The position numbers and the translations under genes were made by a program. Below, piece after piece: positions 37,079 to 52,033 of a stretch of 64,000 nucleotides of DNA (positions within the stretch are counted from its first letter, which is position 1; every line of letters begins with the position of its first letter). The stretch spans positions 928,001 to 992,000 of the forward strand of contig CBDFJQ010000002.1 in the NCBI GenBank assembly GCA_965248575.1. Direction: 5' to 3'. Origin of the DNA: Planctomycetota bacterium. Lineage in GTDB: Bacteria; Planctomycetota; B15-G4. The notes beneath the pieces are model-generated. The model saw only the letters and a program-made list of their open reading frames with translations. It was not told the DNA's origin and ran no database searches.

Positions 37079-39067
37079 ATGCCGGAGACAAGCTTTCGAC
37101 TCCAGACCCGGTTCGAGCCCCGCGGCGACCAGCCAGCGGCCATCGAGACGCTCGTCAAGGGCTTCAGGGACGGGCACCAGCGCCAGGTCCTGCGGGGCGT
37201 CACGGGCTCGGGCAAGACGTTCACCATGGCCAATGTGGTCATGCAGCTGCAGCGCCCGACCCTCGTGCTCGCACACAACAAGACCCTCGCGGCCCAGCTC
37301 TACGACGAGTTCCGGACCCTCTTCCCCGAGAACGCCGTCGAGTACTTCGTCTCCTACTACGACTACTACCAACCGGAGGCCTACGTCGCGCGCACCGACA
37401 CCTACATCGAAAAAGAGGCCTTCATCAATGAACGGATCGAACGCCTCCGCAACAGCGCGACCCGTTCGTTGATCGACCGCCACGATGTGCTGATCGTGGC
37501 CTCGGTCAGTTGCATCTACGGCCTGGGTTCGCCCGAGAACTACGAGGGCATGCGGGTCGAGCTGCGGCGCGGCATGTTGGTCGACCGGGACGACCTGCTG
37601 CGGGAATTGGCCGGTTGCGGGTACCAGCGCGCGGCGCTCGAGTTCAAGAACGGGACCTTCCGGGTGCGGGGCGACGTGGTGGAGGTCTTCCCGGTGTACG
37701 AGGAGGACAGGGTCATCCGCGTAGAGTTCTTCGACGATGAGGTCGAGAGCCTGACGGTCATCGACCCGCTGCGAGGCGAGGTGCTGGAGACCCGGGAATC
37801 CGTCGCGATCTACCCCGCCAGCCACTACGTCACTCCCAAAGATCGCCTGGTCGGGGCCATCGAGAGCATCCGGGACGAACTGGAAAGCCATCTGCCCGCC
37901 CTCCGAGGTGAAGCGCGCCTGCTGGAAGCTCAGCGGCTAGAGCAGAGAACGCGCTTTGACCTGGAGCTGTTGGAAGAGAGCGGCATGTGCTCCGGAATCG
38001 AGAACTACAGCCGCCACCTGGACGGACGGGCCCCGGGCGAAGCCCCCGCGACCCTGATCTCGTACTTCCCTGACGACTTCCTGCTGATCGTCGACGAGAG
38101 CCACCAGAGCCTGCCGCAGGTCGGCGCCATGCGACGTGGGGACTTCTCCCGCAAGGGAACCCTGGTCGAGCACGGCTTCCGGCTGCCCTCCGCCATCGAC
38201 AATCGCCCGCTCGGGTTCGAGGAGTTCGACCAGCTGCTCAACAAGGTGATCTATGTGTCGGCCACTCCAGGTTCCTGGGAGCTCAAGGCCAGCGAGGAGC
38301 GCATCGCCGAGCAGATCATCCGGCCCACGGGGCTCCTGGATCCGCCGGTCATCGTGCGCCCCGCTCGAGGCCAGGTGGACGACCTGCACTCCGAGATCGA
38401 GCAGGTGCGCAAGGCTGGCGAACGGGTCCTGGTCACCACGCTCACGAAGCGCATGGCTGAAGAACTGTCGGACCACTACGCCTCGCTCGGCATCCGCGTG
38501 AAGTACATGCACAGCGACATCGACAGCATCGAAAGGGTTGAGATCATCCGCGGGCTGCGCATGGGGGAGTTCGACGTCCTCGTGGGCATCAACCTGCTGC
38601 GCGAAGGCCTCGACCTGCCCGAGGTTTCGCTCGTGGCCGTCCTGGACGCAGACAAGACCGGTTTCCTCCGTTCTGCCACGAGCCTGATCCAGACCATGGG
38701 GCGCGCAGCCCGCAACGTGAACGGCCGCGTGATCTTCTATGCAGACGGCGAGACGGACGCCATGCGAGCTGCCATCGATGAGTCGAGTCGCCGCCGCACC
38801 ATCCAACAGGCTTTCAACGACGAGCACGGCATCATTCCCACGACCACGACGCGCGCCGTCGATCGATCCCTGGCCGTCGCCGAAGAGGAGCTGGCGGAAG
38901 AAGCGGGCCTCGACCTGGCGGAGGTGAATCCAGGCAACATCCGCAAGCACATCGGTGTGACCCGCAAGGCGATGCTCGCAGCTTCGGAGGCCCTCGAATT
39001 CGAGAAGGCTGCCAAGCTGCGCGACGAACTCACCGCCCTCGAGCGGCTGGAACTGCGCTATCGGTGA
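37079..39067 (+). CDS. uvrB: Excinuclease ABC subunit B
   Basis: [41 protein letters not shown]-terminal UVR domain. Confidence 0.98.
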   Translation: MPETSFRLQTRFEPRGDQPAAIETLVKGFRDGHQRQVLRGVTGSGKTFTMANVVMQLQRPTLVLAHNKTLAAQLYDEFRTLFPENAVEYFVSYYDYYQPEAYVARTDTYIEKEAFINERIERLRNSATRSLIDRHDVLIVASVSCIYGLGSPENYEGMRVELRRGMLVDRDDLLRELAGCGYQRAALEFKNGTFRVRGDVVEVFPVYEEDRVIRVEFFDDEVESLTVIDPLRGEVLETRESVAIYPASHYVTPKDRLVGAIESIRDELESHLPALRGEARLLEAQRLEQRTRFDLELLEESGMCSGIENYSRHLDGRAPGEAPATLISYFPDDFLLIVDESHQSLPQVGAMRRGDFSRKGTLVEHGFRLPSAIDNRPLGFEEFDQLLNKVIYVSATPGSWELKASEERIAEQIIRPTGLLDPPVIVRPARGQVDDLHSEIEQVRKAGERVLVTTLTKRMAEELSDHYASLGIRVKYMHSDIDSIERVEIIRGLRMGEFDVLVGINLLREGLDLPEVSLVAVLDADKTGFLRSATSLIQTMGRAARNVNGRVIFYADGETDAMRAAIDESSRRRTIQQAFNDEHGIIPTTTTRAVDRSLAVAEEELAEEAGLDLAEVNPGNIRKHIGVTRKAMLAASEALEFEKAAKLRDELTALERLELRYR

Positions 39068-40938
39068 GCACGCCTGAGGAAAGCGGACGGCAAAGGCGTG
39101 AGCGACTCCTGGAGCGCGTCAAGCGACTGCCCGAGGGCCCCGGGGTCTATTTGTTCATGGATGTCGGCAAGCGCGTGGCCTACGTCGGCAAGGCCCATAA
39201 CTTGCGAAACCGCGTCAAGAGCTACTTCGCCGCGAGCCAGGATGGACGCCGGGCCGTACGTTTCGTCTCCCGCTACGTGCATGACATCGATTTCGTCAGC
39301 ACCGAGAGCGAGACAGCCGCCTTCTTGCTCGAGAACAAGCTCGTCAAGCGGCACAAGCCGCCCTACAACGTCAAGCTCCGGGACGACAAGGACTTCCTCT
39401 ACGTCCGGGTGGATCGCAGCCACCGCTTCCCGGCCTTGGGGCTGGCGCGTCGTCCGAAGAAGCAGGCTGCCAGCAGCCTGAGCTTCCACGGGCCCTTCGC
39501 CAATGCGGGCGCGTTGCGACGCACCTTGCGCATGCTCGGCGGCATCATCCCCCTGCGCGATTGCACGGACCGTGAGTTTGCGAGCCGCACGCGACCGTGC
39601 CTCAAGCACGAGATGAACCGATGCTGTGCGCCCTGCGTCGACCTCGTCAGTCAGCAGGACTACGCGGGCTTGCTCGACGAAGCGCTGAGCGTGCTGGAGG
39701 GAAACTGCGAGACCGCGGTGGGGCGGCTGGAACAGAAGATGTCGGCAGCCGCCGCGGACCTTCGATACGAAACCGCCGCCAGGCATCGCGATGCCATTCG
39801 CTATCTCCGTGCCACCACAGCACACCAGCAGGTGGAGAACATCGGCGTGAAGGAGGCCGATGTGGTCGGGCTGCGCCGGGCCGGCGAACTGGTAGAGCTC
39901 GTGGTCCTGGCCTTCCGCAACAGCTCACTCGTCTCCAGCGCCCACCACACCCTCGAGTCCGTGCTGCCCGAGGGCGAACTGCTCGAGGGTTTCCTGCTGG
40001 AGTTCTACGGCGAAGCACGCCCGGTGCCGCGCGAGATCCTGCTGCCTTACCCAGCCCCAGACGCCGAGGGGCTGGGGGAGTTCCTCGGAGCCCGTCGCGG
40101 CGGGAAGATCAAGGTGCTTTCGCCCCAGCGCGGCGCCAAGGCCAAGCTCGTCCAACTCGCGCAGACCAACGCCAAGGACGCGCTCGTGGTCGCGGTGGAA
40201 CAGCGGGGCCATCAGCGGCGGCTGCTGGAGGCCCTGGCCGATCGCCTGGGTCTGCCGAAGGTGCCCGAGGTCATCGAGTGTTACGACATCTCCAACACGG
40301 GGCGGACCGCAATCGTGGCCTCTCGCGTCGTGTTCAAGCACGGCGAGCCCGACCGCAGCCGGTACCGGCACTACCGGATGAAGACCGTCGAGGGCCAAGA
40401 CGACTACGCCTCCATGAGGGAAGTGCTCCGACGACGCTTCGCCCGCGTCAAGGCCGATCCACTGCCGGACCTCTTGCTTGTGGATGGAGGCAAGGGTCAG
40501 CTCGGCGTGGCTATCGACGTGGCTGAGGAAACGGGGCACGGCAAGCTGCCCCTGGCATCCCTCGCCAAGGGGGCCCGGCGCGGCCGCGCACTGACCCTCG
40601 GCGAGGGGGAGGAGGAACGAGTCTTCCTCCCGGGCAGATCACAGCCCGTGGTCCTGGCCGGCAAGTCGCCCGAGGAGTACCTCTTGCAGCGCGTACGGGA
40701 CGAGGCCCATCGCTTCGCCATCGGCCACCACCGCAAGGCCCGAAGCAAGCAGAGCTTGTTCTCCAAGCTCGACGACGTGCCCGGCGTGGGTCCCGTCTTG
40801 AAGAAGCGTCTGCTGCAATCCTTCGGCGGCATGCGCGGGCTGGGACAGGCAAACGTCGAGCAGGTCGCCCGTGTGCAGGGGGTGAGCGCAGAGCTCGCCC
40901 GCGAGATCCTGGACCATCTGGAACGGACCAACGACTGA
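39064..40938 (+). CDS. uvrC: Excinuclease ABC subunit C
   Basis: GIY-YIG (GVYLF...YVGKA), Cys cluster, [21 protein letters not shown], HhH; 4-nt overlap with uvrB. Confidence 0.97.
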   Translation: MSTPEESGRQRRERLLERVKRLPEGPGVYLFMDVGKRVAYVGKAHNLRNRVKSYFAASQDGRRAVRFVSRYVHDIDFVSTESETAAFLLENKLVKRHKPPYNVKLRDDKDFLYVRVDRSHRFPALGLARRPKKQAASSLSFHGPFANAGALRRTLRMLGGIIPLRDCTDREFASRTRPCLKHEMNRCCAPCVDLVSQQDYAGLLDEALSVLEGNCETAVGRLEQKMSAAAADLRYETAARHRDAIRYLRATTAHQQVENIGVKEADVVGLRRAGELVELVVLAFRNSSLVSSAHHTLESVLPEGELLEGFLLEFYGEARPVPREILLPYPAPDAEGLGEFLGARRGGKIKVLSPQRGAKAKLVQLAQTNAKDALVVAVEQRGHQRRLLEALADRLGLPKVPEVIECYDISNTGRTAIVASRVVFKHGEPDRSRYRHYRMKTVEGQDDYASMREVLRRRFARVKADPLPDLLLVDGGKGQLGVAIDVAEETGHGKLPLASLAKGARRGRALTLGEGEEERVFLPGRSQPVVLAGKSPEEYLLQRVRDEAHRFAIGHHRKARSKQSLFSKLDDVPGVGPVLKKRLLQSFGGMRGLGQANVEQVARVQGVSAELAREILDHLERTND

Positions 40939-40953
40939 GCCGTCTCCGCGCCC

Positions 40954-41886
<933 letters not shown>

Positions 41887-42061
41887 TCCAGCCACCTCCT
41901 TCCGGCGCAATCGCCGGGCTGAAAGGAGCTTAGCGAATCCCGGCCGTGGCTGAACGACCTGGAGCGGGTGCAGCGCGAGGTCGGAAGGTTGGGTGGGTCG
42001 CGAGGTCGCAGGAAGGACGGGCCACGCGAGTCGATACTGGACTTTGGATTCCTGGGGAACG

Positions 42062-43102
42062 ATGGCCACCCAAAAGAAGCCCACTCAATCCAAGACCCGC
42101 CGCAAGGCTGCCTCGGCAGCTCGGCCCACCAAGAAAGCCAGCTCGAAGGCGCCCAAGAAGGCCGCTTCCAAGCCAAAGGCTGCTGCGAAATCAGCAGCCA
42201 AGAAGCCGGCTAGATCGAAGAGCAAAGCGAAGACCAAGCCCGCCGCGAAGCCGGCAAGCCGGGCCAAACCGGCCGCCTCGTCCAAGACGACGCGCAAGAA
42301 GAGCGCTGCCAAGGCATCCTCCGCGGCCAAGCGCCCGGTGAAATCCAAGTCCAAGGCGGCGTCAGCCGCCAAGAGGCCGGCAGCGAAGAGGGCCTCCCCC
42401 AAGAAAGCCGGCGCAAAGAAGACTGTCGCCAAGAAGGCCGTCGCAAAGAAGGCCGTCGCCAAGAAGGCCGTCGCCAAGAAGGCCGTCGCCAAGAAGGCCG
42501 TCGCAAAGAAGGCCGTCGCAAAGAAGAAGGTGAGCGCCAAGAAGGCCCCGCCCACCAAGCGTCCCGCGACGGCCAGGAAGCCGACGAAGGCTGCCCCCAA
42601 GAGCGCTCCAGCTCCCAAGGCCACCAAGGCCACCAAGGCCACGGCGACCGGAACCGCCAAGAAGACCGCGAAAGCCAAGGCTGCAGTCAAGGTCGTGGAG
42701 ATCGAGGTGCCGGCACGCGTGCGGCGCAGGAAGATGAAATCTCCCTACTCCAAAGCCCAGCTCCGGCCTCTTCGCAAGGCGATCCTCGAGCGCCGGTCCC
42801 GGGTCAGCTCCGACCTGAACCTCATGGGAGACGAGGCCCTTCGGGCGTCTGACCCCGACACGGATGCCGAGAGCGTCGCTGATCACGGCAGTGACGCCTA
42901 CGAGCGCAACGTGACCCTGGGCCTCATGGAGCACGACTCGCGCACCCTGCGCCAGATCGAGCGCGCCCTGATCCTCCTGGATTCAGGCACCTACGGCCTC
43001 TGCTTCGAGTGTGACGAGCCCATCCCCCTGGCCCGCCTCGAGGCTCTTCCCTTCGCAACGACCTGTGTGCCTTGCCAAGAGAAGCAGGAGGGGTCCTTCT
43101 AG
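42062..43102 (+). CDS. dksA: DksA/TraR C4 zinc-finger protein with long histone H1-like Lys/Ala-rich N-terminal extension
   Basis: Coiled coil with acidic tip [21 protein letters not shown]...[14 protein letters not shown]; ~210-aa K/A-rich N-terminus; upstream of lspA. Confidence 0.8.
   Translation: MATQKKPTQSKTRRKAASAARPTKKASSKAPKKAASKPKAAAKSAAKKPARSKSKAKTKPAAKPASRAKPAASSKTTRKKSAAKASSAAKRPVKSKSKAASAAKRPAAKRASPKKAGAKKTVAKKAVAKKAVAKKAVAKKAVAKKAVAKKAVAKKKVSAKKAPPTKRPATARKPTKAAPKSAPAPKATKATKATATGTAKKTAKAKAAVKVVEIEVPARVRRRKMKSPYSKAQLRPLRKAILERRSRVSSDLNLMGDEALRASDPDTDAESVADHGSDAYERNVTLGLMEHDSRTLRQIERALILLDSGTYGLCFECDEPIPLARLEALPFATTCVPCQEKQEGSF
42416..42520 (+). repeat. 15-bp tandem coding repeat AAGAAGGCCGTCGC(C/A) x6 plus one variant copy (KKAVA/KKTVA)
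   Basis: Variant at 42416, then units at 42431, 42446, 42461, 42476, 42491, 42506. Confidence 0.95.
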
Positions 43103-43104
43103 GC

Positions 43105-43665
43105 ATGTCGTCCGAGAGCCCGCCGGGAATCGATGGCACGCCGCCCGGCGAAGGCCGCAGCATGCGCGGAAAGTGGGTCTGGCTCTTGCTAGCAGCGCTG
43201 GTGATCGGTGCAGACCTCTGGACCAAGGAAGCCCTCTTTGGGCCGCAGATCGAGGGCCGCGTGGATTGGGTGGCCGGTCAGTGGTTCGGGCTCACAAAGG
43301 TCTGGAACAAGGGCATGATGTGGGGCGTGCTCCAGGATCACAGTGATCTCGTGCACAGCACCCTCAGGTGGCTGCGCGTCGTGGCCGCAGGGGTCGTCCT
43401 CATCATGATCCTCAACACTCCCTCCAGATCGCGATTGCTGCTCCTGGCCCTCGGGCTTGTCTTGGGTGGTGCCCTAGGCAACATCTACGACGGTTTCGCC
43501 TATGGGAAGGTGCGCGACTTCCTGCTTTTCGACTTCGACTTCGCGCCCTTCGACCCCTTCCCTGTCTTCAACGTGGCTGACAGCGCGATCTGCGTTGGCG
43601 TCGTCTTGCTCGCGCTCGGCCTCTTGCTGGATGGACGCCGCGAGCAGGAAGCCCAGCCGGAATGA
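43105..43665 (+). CDS. lspA: Lipoprotein signal peptidase II
   Basis: DLWTK, WNKGMMWG, GGALGNIYD, VRDFL, FNVADSAI. Confidence 0.95.
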   Translation: MSSESPPGIDGTPPGEGRSMRGKWVWLLLAALVIGADLWTKEALFGPQIEGRVDWVAGQWFGLTKVWNKGMMWGVLQDHSDLVHSTLRWLRVVAAGVVLIMILNTPSRSRLLLLALGLVLGGALGNIYDGFAYGKVRDFLLFDFDFAPFDPFPVFNVADSAICVGVVLLALGLLLDGRREQEAQPE

Positions 43666-44624
43666 ACGCCCCCTCGACCCAAAAGGTGCCGACCAGCCTG
43701 GCACCGGAGGACATCGACCTCTCGGTGGATCTGGGCCCGCTCAAGCTGGCGAACCCGATCATGACGGCCTCCGGGACCGCAGGCCTCGGACTGGAGATGG
43801 AGCCCTTCTACAACCTCGCCGACGCCGGCGCGATCGTGGTCAAGACCATCACCAAGGTCCCTCGCAAGGGCAACCCCTTGCCGCGCTTGGCCGAGACCCC
43901 CTCGGGGCTTCTGAACAGCATCGGCCTGCCCAACAAGGGCATCGACGTCTTCATCGAGAAGACCCTGCCACAATTGGCAGGCAAGGCACGCTGTCTGGTG
44001 GTCAACATCGCGGGCGGGTGTGGGGATGAGTTCGCAGAGCTGGCCCAACGACTGGACGGGCTGCCCGGCATCGACGCTCTCGAGCTGAACATCTCCTGCC
44101 CAAACGTCGAGGACGGCAACCTTCCCTTCGCCCGGGACCCCGAGATCGTGAAGAAGTTGGTGGGAGATGTGCGGGCGGAGACGTCGCTCCCACTCATCAC
44201 CAAGCTCTCCCCGAACGTGACCGACGTGGCCTCGATCGCGCAGGCCGCCAAGGAGGCGGGCAGCGACGCCGTCTCCCTGATCAACACCGTGCTGGGCATG
44301 TCCGTGGATTGGCGCACCGGAAAGCCGGGCCTGGGCACCGTGGTGGGTGGCCTGTCAGGTCCCGCGATCAAGCCCATCGCCTTGCGCATGGTGCTTGAGG
44401 TCAAACGCGCCGTGGACATTCCCATCGTGGGCATCGGCGGCATCATGAGCGTGGATGACGCCCTGGAATTCCTCACGGTGGGCGCGACGGCAGTGCAAAT
44501 CGGCACAGCCCACTACAAGACACCGGACATCGTCCCGCGCATCGTGCACGCCCTGCGCGAACGACTGGCCGAGATGCAACGGTCCTCGGTGCGGGACCAA
44601 ATCGCCAGCATGAAGACGCCCTGA
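43662..44624 (+). CDS. pyrD: Dihydroorotate dehydrogenase, family 1 catalytic subunit
   Basis: NPIMTASGT, NSIGLPN, ELNISCPN, KLSPN, INT, GGLSGPAIKP. Confidence 0.93.
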   Translation: MNAPSTQKVPTSLAPEDIDLSVDLGPLKLANPIMTASGTAGLGLEMEPFYNLADAGAIVVKTITKVPRKGNPLPRLAETPSGLLNSIGLPNKGIDVFIEKTLPQLAGKARCLVVNIAGGCGDEFAELAQRLDGLPGIDALELNISCPNVEDGNLPFARDPEIVKKLVGDVRAETSLPLITKLSPNVTDVASIAQAAKEAGSDAVSLINTVLGMSVDWRTGKPGLGTVVGGLSGPAIKPIALRMVLEVKRAVDIPIVGIGGIMSVDDALEFLTVGATAVQIGTAHYKTPDIVPRIVHALRERLAEMQRSSVRDQIASMKTP

Positions 44625-44627
44625 GCC

Positions 44628-45488
44628 ATGAAGCTGGAGGCGATGACAGTCGGCCTGCTGCGTCAAGCTGTCGCCATCTACAACCGCGAGACCTATCACG
44701 ACGGGGATTCCGGCGATTGCCAGCACGAGTTCATGGGCGAGGACGACGCCCCGATAGAAACCGCGCTGCCCGGGCTGACCGATGAGTCCCGCAAGAATGG
44801 CGACTCCAGCGTCCACTGCTACACCCTTCGACTGGGAAACACACGCTACCCCTTCATGAAGCTCGTGCTCCACGAGCACCTGGTGCAGGACGAGTACTTC
44901 TTCGAGGTGGACACCCACGATCAGATGTTCGAGCTTGGCGGGGAGGAGACCGAGGAGCTCGATTCCCTGAAGCGCTACAACCTCGAGGTGAAGAGCCGGG
45001 TGGAATGGGCCTGGGGAGAGGCGCAGCTGCCGACCTCAGGCCACCTGAAAGGTCTCGTGGAGACGCGGCCCACCAAGCGCAATGAACCCAACGGCCAGAC
45101 GATCCTGGTGGTGGATGACGACGAGTGCATCGCCAAGACCCTGAGCATGCTGCTGGAAGCCCGGGGCTACGCCGTCACCTGCCTGTCGGATGGGCGGGAT
45201 GCCGTGCAGGTCGCCGATGCCCGCCTGCACGACCTGATCCTGATGGACAATGAAATGAAGCACCTGAACGGCTTCGAAGCCTGCCGAGTGCTCAAGTCCC
45301 GCACCGACACGAGCGGCATCCCCGTCCTGATCGCCACGGCAGGCTCCCTGACCCTTCAGCAGCTGGACGCAGCTGACGGCTTCCTGGTGAAGCCGTTTCG
45401 GATGGAGCTGCTGTTCTCCATGATCGAGCACATGCTTCCACCTCGCTTGAGTCCTGCGCCCACTTCAGCACCCCCAGACTCGGACTGA
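44628..45488 (+). CDS. Response regulator: unrecognised N-terminal domain + C-terminal receiver domain
   Basis: REC motifs ILVVDDD, LILMDNEM, IATA, FLVKPF. Confidence 0.82.
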   Translation: MKLEAMTVGLLRQAVAIYNRETYHDGDSGDCQHEFMGEDDAPIETALPGLTDESRKNGDSSVHCYTLRLGNTRYPFMKLVLHEHLVQDEYFFEVDTHDQMFELGGEETEELDSLKRYNLEVKSRVEWAWGEAQLPTSGHLKGLVETRPTKRNEPNGQTILVVDDDECIAKTLSMLLEARGYAVTCLSDGRDAVQVADARLHDLILMDNEMKHLNGFEACRVLKSRTDTSGIPVLIATAGSLTLQQLDAADGFLVKPFRMELLFSMIEHMLPPRLSPAPTSAPPDSD

Positions 45489-45500
45489 CCAGCGCCAGAC

Positions 45501-45529
45501 TTGCGATCGACCCCGCCCGGGGGCACGAT
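45501..45529 (+). promoter_or_regulatory. Candidate sigma70 promoter for secA (TTGCGA-17 nt-CACGAT)
   Basis: Partial consensus match with canonical 17-nt spacing in the intergenic region before secA. Confidence 0.3.
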
Positions 45530-45610
45530 CGGCTGTTCGGTCGCGAGAACCCCGCCTGGGTCCCACCGCGCCCCCGCGCTACCCACGACACCTATTGAGA
45601 TTGTTCTGAC

Positions 45611-48330
<2,720 letters not shown>

Positions 48331-48334
<4 letters not shown>

Positions 48335-49683
48335 CGACAGCCCGCTCGGCACCGCGCGTCTTCATCGCGCACGCTGCCTATGCGGTCTGTGTGCACCTCG
48401 CCTGCCTCGTCGCCTTCGTGCCCTTTCTCGTGCGCGTCCTGCGCAACCGGGCGTACGGCGGCTGGATGTGGCAGCGCTTGAAGCCTCCCACGCTGGATCT
48501 CGCGGAAGAAGCGCCCATCTGGGTGCATGCGGTCTCCGTGGGTGAAGTCAAAGCCAGCCGCCCTTTGATCCAGGCGCTGCGGCAGCAGCACCCCGAGATC
48601 CCCCTGGTGCTGAGCACCGGAACCGTGACTGGATGTGCCACCGCCCGCCAAGAGTTTCCGGGGCTCCCGGTCTTCGCCGCGCCACTCGACTTGCCGCTGG
48701 TCGTCAACCGCTGTGTCCGGCGCGTCAACCCACGGCTGCTGATCCTCATGGAGCTCGAGGTCTGGCCGGCCTTCTTACGCTGCATCGACCGACGCGGGAC
48801 GCCGCAAGTCATCGTGAACGGCCGCCTGAGCGCTTCGTCCTTCAAGGGCTATCGTCGCTTGAGTTGGTGGCTGCCCGAGTTCGATCGCATCGACCTCGTG
48901 GCCGCCCAGGACGAGACTTACGCCCAGCGCATCGCGAGCCTTGGAGTCCCGCCCGAACGCATCCACGTCACGGGCAACCAGAAACATGACCTGCTGGAGA
49001 CGGGCCAGCCCGTGCCGCCAACCGCCGGGACAATGGGAGCAACGCCGTCGCCTTCCTTCGGCAGAGAGCTCGGTTTGGTCGATGGCCTACCGGTGTTCGT
49101 CGCGGGCAGCACCCATGAGGGCGAAGACGAACCAGCCCTTGAGGCATGGCTCGCTTCAGGTGGGGGCGAGGCGGCGCACATGGTTCTCGTGCCGCGACAC
49201 CTGGATCGCCTGAAGGACATCACGCGGATCCTCAAGCGGCACCAACAGGACTTCGTCTTGCGCTCCATGGCCACTCCCGATCGACCGTCGGTCTGCGTGC
49301 TGCTCGTGGACACCATGGGAGAGCTGGAGTCCTTCTTCGACCTGGCAGACGTGGTCTTCCTAGGTGGCTCCCTCACCCCTGTGGGTGGGCACAACGTCCT
49401 GGAGCCGGCCGTCGCAGGGTGTCCCGTGCTCGTCGGCCCGTACCTGGAAACCTGCCGTCGTGAAGCGGATCTGCTCGCAGCAGGAGGAGGCCTGGCCGTG
49501 GTGCAGACGACCGGAGAACTCGCCGAGGCCCTGAGCCGGCTGCTGGGAAACCCCGTCGCCCGCAAAGCCATGGGCGTAGCAGCGAAACAGGCCGCCCACG
49601 GGCTCCAGGGCGCAACGCAGGCGAACCTCAGCCTCCTGCGCCAACACGGCTTCCTACCCGAGCATCCGTCGCCGCGGGCGTGA
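48331..49683 (+). CDS. waaA: 3-deoxy-D-manno-octulosonic acid (Kdo) transferase
   Basis: ATGA overlap with secA; WVHAVSVGE, ELEVWP, VNGRLS, AGSTHEGE, VPRH, DTMGEL, GGHNVLEP. Confidence 0.93.
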
Positions 49684-49885
49684 GAAGCCGGTCCGCGCCC
49701 TGAGCTGCGAGTGATGCCGCGAGCAGAAGCACGGCAGCCCAAAGGCCCCGCTCTGACTCAGCGCTGGACCGGAAGCGTGAATCGGCTACTCTTGTGCGCC
49801 CCTTGGCCGCAGCGACTGCGGATTTTGCCGAGGAATCAAGCGCAGCACCCTCACTCATTGGTCCATGCACCGGAGCCTCTTCGCT

Positions 49886-51069
49886 ATGACCCGGAAGGTC
49901 CTCTTTACCTCCGAATCGGTCTCGATGGGCCACCCTGACAAGGTGGCTGATCAGGTCAGTGACGCCATTCTCGACGCCTGCCTCAAGGGGGATCCTCACT
50001 CCCGCGTGGCCTGCGAGACGCTGGTCACAACCGGCCTTTGCGTCGTCAGCGGCGAGATCACCACCAAGACCATCGTCGACTACGCCAAGATCGCCAGACA
50101 GACCCTGAAGGACATCGGCTACACCGACGATTCCTACGGCATCAACGGCGACACCTGTGCCGTCATGGTCACCATCGATCGCCAGTCGCCTGACATCTCG
50201 CAGGGCGTCACCGCTGGCAAGGGCCTGCACAAGGAGCAGGGCGCCGGCGACCAGGGCATGATGTTCGGCTACGCCTGCCGCGAGACGCCCTCGCTGATGC
50301 CACTGCCCATCGACCTCGCCCACTGCTGATGGCCAAGATCGCGAAGCTGCCGGCAGTCCGGCAAGGTCAAGTACCTGCGCCCCGACGCCAAGAGCCAGGT
50401 CACGGTCGAGTACCAAGACGACAAGCCGGTGCGCGTGGATGCGGTCGTCATCTCGACCCAGCACGACCCCGACGTCGACGCATGCGCGGATCAAGAAGGA
50501 CATGATCGCCATGATCAAGTCCGTCGTCCCCGCCAAATTCATCGACAAGAAGACCAAGTTCCACATCAACCCCACCGGGTCGCTTCGTGGTGGGCGGCCC
50601 GCACGGTGACTGCGGCCTCACGGGCCGCAAGATCATCGTCGACACCTACGGCGGCATGGGTCGCCATGGCGGCGGCGCCTTCAGCGGCAAGGACCCGAGC
50701 AAGGTGGACCGCAGCGCTGCGTACGCCACCCGCTACGTGGCCAAGAACATCGTGGCCGCGGGTCTGGCCGATCGTTGCGAGGTGCAAATCGCCTTCGCCA
50801 TCGGTGTCGCGGAGCCCGTCTCCATCAACGTCAACACCTTCGGCACGTCCACTTTGCCGGAGGAAGATGTCATCAGGTTGGTTGAAAAGCACTTCGACCT
50901 GCGTCCGGCTGGCATCGCAAAGATGCTCGACCTCAAGAAGGCTCGCTACGTGCAGACCGCAGCCCACGGCCACTTCGGCCGCAAGGGTGCAGCCTTCACG
51001 TGGGAGAAGACGGACAAGGCTGCCAAGTTGCGGGCCGAAGCCGCCAAGCTCCGCAAGCGCAAGCGCTGA
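49886..51069 (+). pseudogene. metK: S-adenosylmethionine synthetase interrupted by four single-base frameshifts (probably sequencing/assembly error)
   Basis: [56 protein letters not shown] spread over different frames; indels near 50324, 50350, 50477, 50580. Confidence 0.9.
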
Positions 51070-51116
51070 TTGGGTGCAGAGCCGTTCCGTTTGATGAGCC
51101 TGTTGAGCATTCGGTG

Positions 51117-51791
51117 ATGCCGACGCCGTTGGAATCCGACCACGAGTTGCCCCGCCCTGATCGCCGGGAGCGGGGCTTCTCGTTGGTCGAGATCCTGGTC
51201 GTCATCACCCTCATCGGACTGCTGATGACCCTCGGCTACAACTCCATGCAGAGCGCCATGGAGAACGGTCGCGTGCTGAAGTGCCAGAACAACCTGGACC
51301 AGATCGGGCAGGCCCTGCTCAGCTACAAGAACAACCGCGCGAAGGGGCGCTGGCCCAACGAAAGCGGCATGCGATTCCTGCTCACGATGTACAGGCATCG
51401 TGAGATCAAGGGCCGCTACTCCGATGTCTTTCTGTGTCCGGGCACCGCTGACGTCAATGATCTCGGCCCCAGCGGTGAACCCGGCTCGTCCTACGATGAC
51501 TGGGAGGGGATCACCTCCGACAGTATCTCCTACGCCGGACGAGACCTGGACAACTACCCGCTGCGAGGCCCAGACCCAGAGGAACAGGTGCTGGCCGCGG
51601 ATGACAATGAGTTCAGCCCCAACCACAGCGAAGCCACGAACATTCTCTACGGGGACGGCGCTGTGGTGACCTTTGACCTCTTCATCGATGGGGCGGAGCT
51701 GCTGATCGAGTGGCCCGAGCTAGAACAGCGAGGGCTTCCTGTGGGGCCTGAGAGCCCCTATGAACCCCTGCAGGTGCTCCGGATCGACTGA
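51117..51791 (+). CDS. Prepilin-type N-terminal cleavage/methylation domain protein with C-terminal H-X9-DG motif
   Basis: RG-FSLVEILVVITLIGLL; CQNNLDQIG; FLCP; H-SEATNILYG-DG. Confidence 0.85.
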   Translation: MPTPLESDHELPRPDRRERGFSLVEILVVITLIGLLMTLGYNSMQSAMENGRVLKCQNNLDQIGQALLSYKNNRAKGRWPNESGMRFLLTMYRHREIKGRYSDVFLCPGTADVNDLGPSGEPGSSYDDWEGITSDSISYAGRDLDNYPLRGPDPEEQVLAADDNEFSPNHSEATNILYGDGAVVTFDLFIDGAELLIEWPELEQRGLPVGPESPYEPLQVLRID

Positions 51792-52033
51792 GCGCCGGCC
51801 CCGGACCGCTTCCCGAACCGGAGAGCGGAGCGGCCAGGAGAGAGGCACGCAGCTCGGCGCCATCGACAAGTGCTTGCCAACTGAGCCTTGTCGGATCGCT
51901 GATATCACGGAATACTAACCCCGCATTCCGCCTCTCTCGCAGTTCCGGAAGACCCACACCTCGGCAGGTCGGGTCCTCAGGCGGAGGTACTTCTCCCATC
52001 CCCCCGAATCGACCTACCCCTCAAGGACCATCC

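Noticed and set aside
42416..42520. Tandem repeat as a possible CRISPR array
   Set aside because: 15-bp in-frame head-to-tail units with no spacers and no cas genes; it encodes KKAVA
49684..49885. Possible SAM or SAH riboswitch upstream of metK
   Set aside because: Only a short hairpin (CCGCAG/CTGCGG); I could not match SAM-I, SAM-II, SAM-SAH or SAH cores. Rfam cmscan would be decisive
50320..50585. Programmed ribosomal frameshifting in metK
   Set aside because: Four separate shifts would be needed and no slippery heptamers are evident
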